Source of the DNA: Candidatus Binataceae bacterium
GTDB lineage: Bacteria; Desulfobacterota; Binatia; Binatales; Binataceae
Direction: 5' to 3'
Assembly (NCBI GenBank): GCA_035626155.1
Contig: DASPOF010000027.1
Coordinates: forward strand, 10,685-74,684
DNA length: 64,000 nucleotides
How positions within the stretch are numbered: position 1 is the first letter of the stretch; the number at the start of each line of letters is the position of its first letter. Both the position numbers and the translations under genes were made by a program. A model generated the notes under the pieces. That model saw only the letters and a list, made by a program, of their open reading frames with translations, searched no databases and was not told the origin of the DNA. Shown here piece after piece: positions 47,845 to 56,520 of this stretch.

Positions 47845-49059
47845 ATGACGGCAAAATCTCCTGCCTGGTGGATGGTTCCCCTCCTGGGGGCGATTTTCGT
47901 TGCCTGCCGCGCATCGCCGGCGCCCCGCGCCGAGCTTCAGCCCAGTCAGCCCTGCGAGAAGCTTACCGAGGCGCTCCGGATTCAAGAGCGTCTGGCGCAC
48001 GAGTGTAGTCGCGGGCCCGCGCGGTCCGCCGGACCAGCGGCGCCCACGCGCCCGTGCGGTCCGAAGGACTACTGCTGTTCGGTGGAATATCGGATGCGCA
48101 GCTACGAAGCGGACAAGGCGGTGGATGAGATCGAAGAGCAGATGGGGTCTCAAGGCGCGTCTTGCTATTGCTCGAGAGACCCGGCGCAATGCCACGTGCC
48201 ACAGCCGCGCGAGCTTGAACTTTGCGAAAATGTCGCGCGAACGAATCAGGCGCACGAGAATGCGGAAGCTGCCCTTGAAGAATCAGACAGCGACAACATG
48301 TATGACGTTATTCATACCCCGCCACGGAATGCAGAAGAGGCCGCTTCGCTGAAGCGCTTGAGGGAAGCGAATCAGGCGATCGAGCTAACGGAAAAGGCGG
48401 CCGACGAGGCCGAGGCGGAGGCCTCCGCGCAAGGAATCAATTGCGAGAACATCGTCGAAGGCTGGCGCGCATCGCCGACGCCCTGCGGCGAGCCGGGTCC
48501 GAATCCGCTTTGCGAGAAACTCGCAAAGGCCATGGAGGAAAGTGACGCGCAGAGGCATCAGGAACCTGTGTGCGCCGCGCCGGTTAATACGCAAGGGGCC
48601 GCAGTCATCCAATGGCTACCGTCTTGCCCCGAGTGGACCGATTGGAAGAAGCGCGGCGACGAAGCGCAGCGAGCAATCGATCAGGTCAAGGCGCAGATGA
48701 GGTCGGACGGGACCACCTGTTTTTGCGCTCAACACGGGACGTTGTGGCGCTGCCGGCCGGGCTGCTCTCGCGAAGCTGAACTTTGCAAGCAACTCGACGC
48801 GGCCAACCAAGCGTACTCGCAGGCGATGGCCGGCGCGCACGAGTTCGCGCCCTGCTATTCGCCTTGCGAGCCGATCGGGACCGGCCTTCCGGGGATGCCC
48901 AAGGCACCCGTTGGGATCGCCGACATTCCCGGCGTCGCGCCCTCGGTGATGGAAGAAAAGCGAAGCCGCATCAGGGAAGCGCGTGGTGTGCTCGATGAGG
49001 CCCGGGCCAAGGTGGATGCGGAAAAGTTCGATTGCCAGGGATTCCAGCCGGAACAGTGA
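47845..49059 (+). CDS. Secreted Cys-rich coiled-coil protein with repeated 'P(L)CEKL' modules
   Basis: GGAGGCGAAGGAG RBS, a signal peptide, about 20 Cys and three CEKL/CKQL modules. Related to 20750-21169. Confidence 0.55.
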   Translation: MTAKSPAWWMVPLLGAIFVACRASPAPRAELQPSQPCEKLTEALRIQERLAHECSRGPARSAGPAAPTRPCGPKDYCCSVEYRMRSYEADKAVDEIEEQMGSQGASCYCSRDPAQCHVPQPRELELCENVARTNQAHENAEAALEESDSDNMYDVIHTPPRNAEEAASLKRLREANQAIELTEKAADEAEAEASAQGINCENIVEGWRASPTPCGEPGPNPLCEKLAKAMEESDAQRHQEPVCAAPVNTQGAAVIQWLPSCPEWTDWKKRGDEAQRAIDQVKAQMRSDGTTCFCAQHGTLWRCRPGCSREAELCKQLDAANQAYSQAMAGAHEFAPCYSPCEPIGTGLPGMPKAPVGIADIPGVAPSVMEEKRSRIREARGVLDEARAKVDAEKFDCQGFQPEQ

Positions 49060-49127
49060 CCCGCGCGCCGCGAAGTGCGCGATCAAGAGGCAAGCCCCGC
49101 CGGTAGTGGGCGGGTTTCATTTGCCGT

Positions 49128-49179
49128 CGGTATTCTGAGCCCTCTCCCTATCGCTGGGAGAGGGTGTGGGAGAGGGACC
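49128..49179. repeat. GGGAGAGGG inverted-repeat element, copy C (solo)
   Basis: cggtattctgagccctctccctatcgctgggagagggtgtgggagagggacc; about 90% identical to copy A. Followed at 49180-49214 by a 12-bp perfect hairpin (gcttcgcggcgc...gcgccgcgaagc). Confidence 0.8.
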
Positions 49180-49261
49180 GCTTCGCGGCGCGGATGTCTG
49201 GTGCGCCGCGAAGCTGTGACCGGAGAACTGCGCGGGCAATACTCTTATCGCGCGCTCGCGC

Positions 49262-49864
49262 TTGCGCCGGCGCGCGCGATCGGAAGGGAAGATTCACATC
49301 GCGCGGGTTATTGCGGTGAAACCATCAACTGCTGACCTCATCAAGGGCATCCGACACGACCTAATCGAGGCGCGCAATTGCTTTTCGGTTTACCGTGCCT
49401 ACAAGCTCAAAGAGACGCGCGAAAAATACTCAGACGCGTTTCGGACATTCAAGCCATTCCTTTCGTGCGATCTCCGTGCCCACTTCGCCGCGATGATGGT
49501 GACGCTAGGTCGCATTTTCGACCGGGAACCAAAGTACATTGGAATCGCTGCCTTGCTAAAAGCCGCTCCGCACCTCAAGGACTTGGAACCGGAGAAGTAT
49601 AAGCTCGCGATGGATCTCTGGGCGAGCGAGAAAATAATGCTGCTGCGGCATCAAGTTGTCGCTCACCGCTCGCCTCGCACGGAGAAGATTTTCCAGCTTG
49701 TCGATACATGCCTTGCTGACTTCAGCAAGCTCATTCAGTTGCTAGAGCAGCTGGTCGAAGCGTGGTCCCGAGCAGCCAAGTGCGATATGCGTAATTTGGG
49801 GCCAAAAATGGATCGAGAGGTGGATGACCTCCTGAAAGCTTTGAACCGGGTCTCCAAGGATTAG
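49262..49864 (+). CDS. Hypothetical protein in a low-GC (about 52%) stretch
   Basis: Compositionally atypical against the roughly 66% background and codon-periodic. TTG at the annotated start; the true start is uncertain. Confidence 0.4.
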   Translation: MRRRARSEGKIHIARVIAVKPSTADLIKGIRHDLIEARNCFSVYRAYKLKETREKYSDAFRTFKPFLSCDLRAHFAAMMVTLGRIFDREPKYIGIAALLKAAPHLKDLEPEKYKLAMDLWASEKIMLLRHQVVAHRSPRTEKIFQLVDTCLADFSKLIQLLEQLVEAWSRAAKCDMRNLGPKMDREVDDLLKALNRVSKD

Positions 49865-49876
49865 CCTCGCGCGTTT

Positions 49877-49928
49877 CTTCCTCTTTCCCTTCCCCCGCAT
49901 TCGGTTGCGGGGGCAGGGAAAGAAGGAG
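49877..49928. terminator. Long imperfect hairpin between convergent genes (core cccccgc-attcggtt-gcggggg)
   Basis: cttcctctttcccttcccccgcattcggttgcgggggcagggaaagaaggag. Confidence 0.4.
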
Positions 49929-49948
49929 CGGCGCGCGCGGCGGGGCGA

Positions 49949-50317
49949 TTACTTCTGGCAGAAACTCCGGACGTAGCCGACCAGGCCCTTGATTTCGGTG
50001 TCATCCAGCCCGTCGGCGTAGCCGGCCATCTTCGGGCTAAGGTCGGCCGCCGGGCCGCCTTCCTTGATCACCTTGAACACGACATCATCGGTGACCCTCG
50101 CCATGCGCGCGCAATCGGTCAGGTCGCCGGGCTTGGTGGCGAGCGTTGAGGCGGCCGGGCCGTCGCCCCGTCCGGATGCTCCGTGGCACTTGACGCACAG
50201 GGTTCTGTAGTTGTCCTTTGCGGCGGCGAGGTCCTCGGCGCGCGCCTGGAATGCGCCGAGCGCAAATACAAACGCCACGAACGTGAGAATACTTAGTCGA
50301 ACAATCAGCGATTTCAT
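49949..50317 (-). CDS. Monohaem class-I c-type cytochrome (c553-like), exported
   Basis: Signal peptide, a single CVKCH motif, and a distal Met region. Paralog of 55802-56185. Confidence 0.8.
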   Translation of the reverse strand: MKSLIVRLSILTFVAFVFALGAFQARAEDLAAAKDNYRTLCVKCHGASGRGDGPAASTLATKPGDLTDCARMARVTDDVVFKVIKEGGPAADLSPKMAGYADGLDDTEIKGLVGYVRSFCQK

Positions 50318-50401
50318 TTCAGCGGTCCTGATTATTTCCCGGCCTTCAACCCCGCTCGATCGAGCGGCTCTTTAAGCTGATGTCCATGATGCATCGAGGG
50401 C

Positions 50402-51733
50402 TCAGCCGGGAGTTTCCTCGGGCAAATAACTCTTGATTCGATCGACGACCTCCGCAACCGCCTGCTCCCTACCCTCGCGCATCTCCCAAATCGAAATGAT
50501 CGGGAAGAGCTTCACGAAGATCGTGTAAAGCAGGATGAAACCCGCGAGGAAGGCGGCAAACAGCGACATCTCGACCCACGACGGGAAATAGAGGCCGCGC
50601 GCCCACGGCAGACGCGGGTTAATCAGCGTCGGCACCACGATCGTGAACCGTTCGAGCCACATCCCGATGCACACCGAGATGGATGCCACCACGATGCCGG
50701 GGATCGTCCGGGTCTTGCGGTTGCAAAGGATGGCGAAGGGGATCACGAAGTCGGTCGCAACCATCGTCCAGAAGAACGCGGCATAGCGGCCCGTGATCTT
50801 CTCCCAAAACACCGCCATCTCCACCGGATCGTGGCCATAGTAAGTCGTGATGTATTCCGCAAACGTGAAATACAGCCAGAGCAGGGTCATCACGAGGAGC
50901 AACTCGCCAAGATAGTCGAAGTGGATTTCCTTCAGGTAATCCTCGAGATGGTACACCTTGCGCAGCAGCGCCATCGTCAGCAGTAGCGCCGCGATACCCG
51001 AATAGATCGCGCCCGCGACGAAGTATGGCCCGAAGATGCTCGAGTGCCACATCGGCTGAATCGTCATCGCGAAGACCCACGAGACGACCGTGTGCACCGA
51101 GACTGCGATCGGGATCACCACGACCGCCAGAATGGCGATCGCGACTTGCAGGGTGCGATGCTGCCGCTCGGAGCCGGTCCATCCCAGCGCCAGCGCCGTG
51201 TAGATCGGCCGGCGCCATCCGCCCGTCCGGTCGCGCAGCAGCGCGATGTCTGGGATCATCGCGACATACAGATAGGTGGTGCTCGTGAAGAGGTAGGTCG
51301 TGATGCTGATCACGTCCCACATCAGCGGCGAGGTGAAATGGCTGTAGCGAAAGACGTAAAGCACGCGGTCGGGGCGCCCGAGGTCGAGCAGGATGTTGCC
51401 CGCGCCGAAAAACAGCACCATCACCGTGATCGTTTCGGCCAGCCGCGTGATCGGCCTGCGCCATTCCGCCTGGCACAGCCTCAGGATCGCGGAGATCAGC
51501 GTCCCGGCATGGCTGATGCCGACGAAGAATACGAAGTTGGTGATGTAGAATCCCCAGTACACCGGCCGGTTGAGGCCGGTCACCCCAAGTCCCTGTTCGA
51601 ACTGGGTGACATACGCATAGACGCCCCACAGCACCGTGCAGATCAGGAGAAACAGCACGGCGTAGTAGAGCTTGCCGGTCTTCAGGACCGGATCGAATAG
51701 CAGCGAATCCTGCTCGCGCGGTTCAGCCTGCAA
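50402..51733 (-). CDS. NrfD-family membrane subunit (ActC/QrcD/PsrC-like)
   Basis: Polytopic NrfD pattern (GLNRPVYWGFYITNFVFFVGISHAG, PLMWDV). Probable TTG start at 51733 preceded by AAGGAAGGTGAG; the annotated ORF (to 51778) would overlap the FeS gene by 55 nt. Confidence 0.8.
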   Translation of the reverse strand: MQAEPREQDSLLFDPVLKTGKLYYAVLFLLICTVLWGVYAYVTQFEQGLGVTGLNRPVYWGFYITNFVFFVGISHAGTLISAILRLCQAEWRRPITRLAETITVMVLFFGAGNILLDLGRPDRVLYVFRYSHFTSPLMWDVISITTYLFTSTTYLYVAMIPDIALLRDRTGGWRRPIYTALALGWTGSERQHRTLQVAIAILAVVVIPIAVSVHTVVSWVFAMTIQPMWHSSIFGPYFVAGAIYSGIAALLLTMALLRKVYHLEDYLKEIHFDYLGELLLVMTLLWLYFTFAEYITTYYGHDPVEMAVFWEKITGRYAAFFWTMVATDFVIPFAILCNRKTRTIPGIVVASISVCIGMWLERFTIVVPTLINPRLPWARGLYFPSWVEMSLFAAFLAGFILLYTIFVKLFPIISIWEMREGREQAVAEVVDRIKSYLPEETPG

Positions 51734-52424
51734 TCCACTCACCTTCCTTGAGATAGATGACATTGGGTTCGGTGCCAAGTTCCTCCATGACCCGGAATGC
51801 CCTGGCGCTTCTCGTGATTTTGGCGATCTCGGTGGTCTGATCCTCGAGGTCGCCGAAATACATGGCCTTTGCCGGGCAGCTCTCCACGCATGCGGGGACG
51901 TATTCGCCCTCGCTGCGGACTTGCCGTTTCTCGATCGCAGCCTGATCGCGGGCCTTTTGCAAGCGCTGGACGCAGAAGGTGCATTTCTCGATCACGCCCT
52001 TGGGCCTGATCGCGACGTCCGGGTTGCGCGGCGGCTTCAACTCGTCGGGCCACTGCGGCGGGAACCAGTTGAAATACTTGACCTGGTAAGGACACGCGCT
52101 CGCGCAGTAGCGGCATCCGATGCACCGGGGATAAATCTGCCCGACGATTCCCTGCTGCGTGCTCTTGTAGGTCGCGCCCACCGGGCAGACCCGCACGCAG
52201 GGAGGCTTGTCGCACTGCTGGCAGAGCATCGGCAGGAACCGCACCCGGGTGTTCGGATAGTCGCCCTCGACAACCGTCAGCACGTTCATCCAGGAAATCA
52301 GCCGCCCGCGATCCGCCTGGTCCTGCGTCGAGGGGGCGATGTTGTTTTCCTGCTTGCACGCGATCATGCAGGCCCGGCATCCCGTGCACTTATCGAGGTC
52401 GATTACCATGCCCCATCGCGGCAT
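51723..52424 (-). CDS. 4x[4Fe-4S] ferredoxin-type subunit (PsrB/ActB2/QrcC-like)
   Basis: Four Cys clusters (CTGCRACMIAC, CQQCDKPPCVRVCP, CIGCRYCASACP, CTFC...CVESCP); no Tat signal of its own. Confidence 0.85.
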   Translation of the reverse strand: MPRWGMVIDLDKCTGCRACMIACKQENNIAPSTQDQADRGRLISWMNVLTVVEGDYPNTRVRFLPMLCQQCDKPPCVRVCPVGATYKSTQQGIVGQIYPRCIGCRYCASACPYQVKYFNWFPPQWPDELKPPRNPDVAIRPKGVIEKCTFCVQRLQKARDQAAIEKRQVRSEGEYVPACVESCPAKAMYFGDLEDQTTEIAKITRSARAFRVMEELGTEPNVIYLKEGEWIAG

Positions 52425-52444
52425 CTGTGCTTCTCCAGTTCCCC

Positions 52445-54820
52445 CTACGCCTTGGACACCCGCACACGCGGGGCCGCGCCGTTAGCCAGCAATTCGAGCG
52501 GATTGACGCCTCTGCCCTTGGCCCATCTGCCCAAAGCCGTATGGCCCTGGCCCAAAGGCAGATTGACCACATTGGGCATCGCGCCCGCGTACAGGAGTGC
52601 GCGAGTCTTCAGTTTTGCCGCCGCGGATTGCACGATCACCCAGTCGCCATTTTCGATTCCGAGCGAAGCCGCGGTCTTCGGATTTATCTCGACGAATGAA
52701 TCCCAGGGCCACACCTGCGGACCGCCGACTATCTCCTGCAGATACGGCAGATTGGCCGATGCGCGGCCCATCAGCGCAATCGGCTGAAAAAGGCAAAGCT
52801 CGAACGGGTAGCCGGACAGATCGCCTCCGCTGAAAATTGGCGAGGACGCCTCGGTCGCGAGCAGACGCGGAAGCTCGAACTTGCCCGACGGAGCTTTCAG
52901 CCCCGCGCGATAATCGCCGTACACGTAGCGCGGATCGACCCATCCGCCATGCGCGAGCAGGCGCTTGACGAAATCATCGCGCGAGCCATATTTCCGCGCC
53001 GGCCAGTCCCAGGCCCTTATCTCGGGCCGCAGATATTCGGTCTGGAAACGTTCCGTGAAGATTTCGCCGTGCGGCGACTCGTAAAGCCCCGTCAGCAACT
53101 CGTTGAGCGCCTGCGAAGGTTCGGTCCATGGGAATGCGCCAGCGACGTCGCCATCGAAGGCGTGCGCGAGATCCAAAACCACTTGCGCGCAAGGACGTGA
53201 TTCATAGCGCGGAGCCAGAACCGGACTCCCGACCGCCACCGAGCTTACCGCAAAGCCGGGACTCGACGTGCGAATCTCCCAGCGTTCGAGCGAGCTGCAC
53301 TCGGGAAGGACGAGATCGGCGTACGCCGCAGTCTCATCGAGCTGCGATGCGAAGCTCACGACGAAGGGGACCTTCGTGATCGTCTCGCGCGGGAAATCGA
53401 GCGATGAGAAGAGCGGATTGGCTCCGAGCAGGAACAGCGCATTGATCTTGTACGGCTGCGACTCCCACACCGCGCGCGCCAGCGATTTGACGCTGTCGAG
53501 CGCCGGCTTCGCGACCGCCTCCGGCTTGACGCCCGCCGAACTCTTGACCGCCGGCCACCACGAAAGCGGAGGCACCGGGCAGGTCAGAACGCCGCCGGGC
53601 TTCTCGATGTTGCCGGCAAGCGCGTTCAATGCCTGGACTGCAACCGAATAGAATGCCGCCGTGCCGCCGGTGAACCTGCGGCCTCCCGCCACGGCCAGCG
53701 AGGGACCGGAAATCGCGAACTCGTGCGCAAGGCGCGTGATGGTCTCGACCTGCACGCCGGTGATTTCCGCGACCTTGGGCGCGTCGTACTCCTGGCTCAG
53801 CAGCGCGCGGAAACCGTTGGGCTGCCCGCTTTCGTTGCCCGGCCACGAGTCGAATCCGGCCACGTGCGCCGCCACAAAGGCGGCATCGTAGAGGTTGTAC
53901 TTGACCAGTGCGTTGGCGATCCCGAGCGCCAGGACGCCCTCCGTGCCCGGATTGACCGGCACCCACTCATCCGCCTTGGCGGCGGTCGCGGACATCCGGC
54001 TCTCGATCTGCACGAGCTTTCCGCGCCGGCCCTCCCAGCCGCCGCGAAATTCCCCGATCGCTCTCATCTGGCGCACCGGCGACATCGCCTCGAACATTGG
54101 TGCTCCGAAACTCAGGATGTATCGCGCGTTTTCGAAATCGTACGCGACTCGCCCGTTGATGCCCTGCGTGATGTCCTGCCCATCCGACGGCGCCGCATCC
54201 GCCTCGAAGATGAAGTTGGGCGAGCCGTACACGTCGAGGAATCGCGCCATCAGACGCCCGGCGAGCTCGGATGTCCCGCTGCTCAGAGCCGCGACTGTGT
54301 GCGCTGCGCCGCCGGTGCGCAGATCGGCGAGCTTCGCCTTGATCGTCGCGATCGCCTCGTCCCAGGAAATCTCCTGCCAATTGCCGGCGCCGCGCTCGCC
54401 CACGCACTTCAGCGGCGACCTTACCCGGTCCGGGCCGTACACCAACTGAAGCGCCGCCTGCCCGACCGGGCACAAAGCGCCCTGGTTGACCGGGTCCAGC
54501 GGGTTCCCCTCGACTTTGATCGCCCACTCGCCGCGCTTGAGCCCGTCCGAGCCGAGCTTGCGCACAATCGTTCCGCATCGCGCCGGGCATAGCCCGCATA
54601 GCGATACGATGCGCGATTCGGGGCCGTGCTCCGGGAAGTCCTCCTGCGGAACGACGTTGAGCGCTTGCGCTGCCGCGCCCAGACCGACCGCGGAACCGGC
54701 GCCCAGCGCGGCCGTGCCCAGCCCGACCATCTTGAGGAAGTCGCGCCGGGCGACAGCGTGCTCGTTGCCGCTCGATGCGCCCGTGGCGCCCCGTTGGTTA
54801 TTTTTACCGCCGCTTGTCAT
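52445..54820 (-). CDS. Molybdopterin-oxidoreductase (CISM/DMSO-reductase family) large subunit with Tat signal (PsrA/PhsA/TtrA/ActB1/QrcB-like)
   Basis: Tat motif ARRDFLKMVGLGTAALGAG and N-terminal FS0-type CX2CX3C (LCGLCPARCG). About 790 aa from the ATG at 54820, which overlaps the upstream pentahaem stop (ATGA). Confidence 0.8.
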   Translation of the reverse strand: MTSGGKNNQRGATGASSGNEHAVARRDFLKMVGLGTAALGAGSAVGLGAAAQALNVVPQEDFPEHGPESRIVSLCGLCPARCGTIVRKLGSDGLKRGEWAIKVEGNPLDPVNQGALCPVGQAALQLVYGPDRVRSPLKCVGERGAGNWQEISWDEAIATIKAKLADLRTGGAAHTVAALSSGTSELAGRLMARFLDVYGSPNFIFEADAAPSDGQDITQGINGRVAYDFENARYILSFGAPMFEAMSPVRQMRAIGEFRGGWEGRRGKLVQIESRMSATAAKADEWVPVNPGTEGVLALGIANALVKYNLYDAAFVAAHVAGFDSWPGNESGQPNGFRALLSQEYDAPKVAEITGVQVETITRLAHEFAISGPSLAVAGGRRFTGGTAAFYSVAVQALNALAGNIEKPGGVLTCPVPPLSWWPAVKSSAGVKPEAVAKPALDSVKSLARAVWESQPYKINALFLLGANPLFSSLDFPRETITKVPFVVSFASQLDETAAYADLVLPECSSLERWEIRTSSPGFAVSSVAVGSPVLAPRYESRPCAQVVLDLAHAFDGDVAGAFPWTEPSQALNELLTGLYESPHGEIFTERFQTEYLRPEIRAWDWPARKYGSRDDFVKRLLAHGGWVDPRYVYGDYRAGLKAPSGKFELPRLLATEASSPIFSGGDLSGYPFELCLFQPIALMGRASANLPYLQEIVGGPQVWPWDSFVEINPKTAASLGIENGDWVIVQSAAAKLKTRALLYAGAMPNVVNLPLGQGHTALGRWAKGRGVNPLELLANGAAPRVRVSKA

Positions 54821-55395
54821 TTGTGACACGAGATGCAGTCCGTCGATGCCTGGCGCTGCTGATGGCAGTTCATGCACCAGTCCATCGACTGATTTATCGC
54901 CGGACGGACCGGAGGCGAAGTCAAGCTGGTCATATCGCCGTGGCAGGTTGCGCACTCGACTTTCCCGATCACGACGTGCCGGCGATGCGAGAAGAAGACG
55001 TAGTCGGGCTGTCCATAGACCCTGTTCCACGGAATCCACCCGGCTGCCGCAAAGTCTTTGAGCTTCGCAAGCTCCGGCTTGGCAGCGAGCTTCGCCGCCG
55101 TCATCCGCTTGATGATCCTGTGGCAGCTCATGCAGGTATCCGGCTGCGGGATCCCGGCGAAGGTCTCTTTCTCCACCGTCTCATGGCAACTCGTGCAGGC
55201 GATGCCGTTCTTGCCGGAAACGTGACGGTGATGGTCGAAAGCGATCGGCTGTTCAACGGCAGGCGTATACCGCAGGCACGCCGATGCTAACAGGGCGAGC
55301 CCGCCGCCAAGCAAAGCAAGCCCGACAGCCGCCGATCGCCAGCGCACCAATCGGCCTGCAAGGCGCCCGATTGGATCTGATTTGGACATCCTCAC
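54817..55395 (-). CDS. Membrane-anchored pentahaem c-type cytochrome (ActA/NrfB/NapC-like)
   Basis: N-terminal TM helix plus 5 CXXCH motifs (CTSCH, CMSCH, CATCH, CMNCH, CISCH). Confidence 0.8.
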   Translation of the reverse strand: MRMSKSDPIGRLAGRLVRWRSAAVGLALLGGGLALLASACLRYTPAVEQPIAFDHHRHVSGKNGIACTSCHETVEKETFAGIPQPDTCMSCHRIIKRMTAAKLAAKPELAKLKDFAAAGWIPWNRVYGQPDYVFFSHRRHVVIGKVECATCHGDMTSLTSPPVRPAINQSMDWCMNCHQQRQASTDCISCHK

Positions 55396-55801
55396 GCAGC
55401 TCCTGCGCTAACGTTCCACCCGGGGCATTTGGGGGAAAACCGCGGCGGCGCTCCCTGCCGATATCGCGGCCACCGTGTCCGTCTGCATCATGACTCTTTT
55501 CGCGTCTCCTGCCCCGCCTAATGCAACTGGTGTACCCGGATAAGTGATCCTTAAAATCCCGAAATATCTGGGCCTTTCTCCCTGGCCCCGCGAACCAACT
55601 GTTGCCTTTGACTCCAGCACAGTTGGCGACGGTGGCGCGTTCGGACTCACAAGCGACAGCGTGTACGGCAGTCTAGCGGCTCACTCAAATCGGGGCTCGA
55701 CCCGCTACTTTTTCGCGGGAGCCCAAGTCCGCTAGTTCGCGTGGGAGGGCCCGCCGCCCTCGATCTCAACCCGGGTCAGTATGCCCTCCGGCTTTTGGCG
55801 A

Positions 55802-56185
55802 TCACTTCTTGCAGAAGCTCCGCAGGTAGCCGACCAAGCCCTTGATGTCGGCGTCGCTCATCCCGTCGCCGAAGGGAGGCATCGCCGCGTTCAAGTTCGC
55901 CGCCGGTCCGCCTTCCTTGATAACCTTGAAGATGGTGTCATCGGTGACCTTCGACATCTTCGCGCAATCGGTAAAGTCACCCACCTTCGCTGAGAGCTTC
56001 GAGGCGCTGGGGCCATCGCCCTTGCCGGTCTGGCCGTGGCAGTCTGCGCATGAATCCGTGTAAGTGGCCTTCGCATCGGCCGATGCGGGCGCCGCTCTGA
56101 GAACCAGCGCGAGCGTTGCCGCTGCGGGCAGTGCGACAAGCATCCAACCCATCGATCTCACTTTCGTCCCCGAATAATTCGGCAT
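55802..56185 (-). CDS. Monohaem class-I c-type cytochrome (paralog of 49949-50317)
   Basis: ATG at 56185 with a GGAGG RBS, a signal peptide and CADCH. The C-terminus (KVTDDTIFKVIKEGGPAANL...IKGLVGYLRSFCKK) is near-identical in pattern to its paralog. Confidence 0.75.
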   Translation of the reverse strand: MPNYSGTKVRSMGWMLVALPAAATLALVLRAAPASADAKATYTDSCADCHGQTGKGDGPSASKLSAKVGDFTDCAKMSKVTDDTIFKVIKEGGPAANLNAAMPPFGDGMSDADIKGLVGYLRSFCKK

Positions 56186-56520
56186 GACACCTCCGTCCTT
56201 TCTCGCCGTGTGATTTACGGACAGGGACGCCGCAGGATATTCGGTTCCTGCCGGCATCGCCCTGGCCGACTGTTTAATCGCGGTCCTATGTATCACCCCA
56301 TGTGCGGTCCGGTCCAGCGGCGGAGCCCGCACTTCAGGGCAACAAACGACGGGATTCTAGGGTTGTAAGCCCGCGCCGTCAAGGAAAGGCGGCATCGGGC
56401 GAAGCGCCTGTTTGTTGGAGAGGCTTCGACTGATGCGAGCCGCACCGTGCATCGCGCGCTCGGACATTGCCGCGCTCCCGCGTTCCCCCTACGGCTCGCC
56501 GCGGATGCGAAACGCGCGTC

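Noticed and set aside
55396-55801. About 400-bp gap between the monohaem cytochrome and the pentahaem gene, with GC-rich palindromic bits (gggagggcccgccgccctc).
   Set aside because: No convincing hairpin-plus-U-tract terminator or sigma-54/sigma-70 consensus could be defined by eye. Left unannotated.
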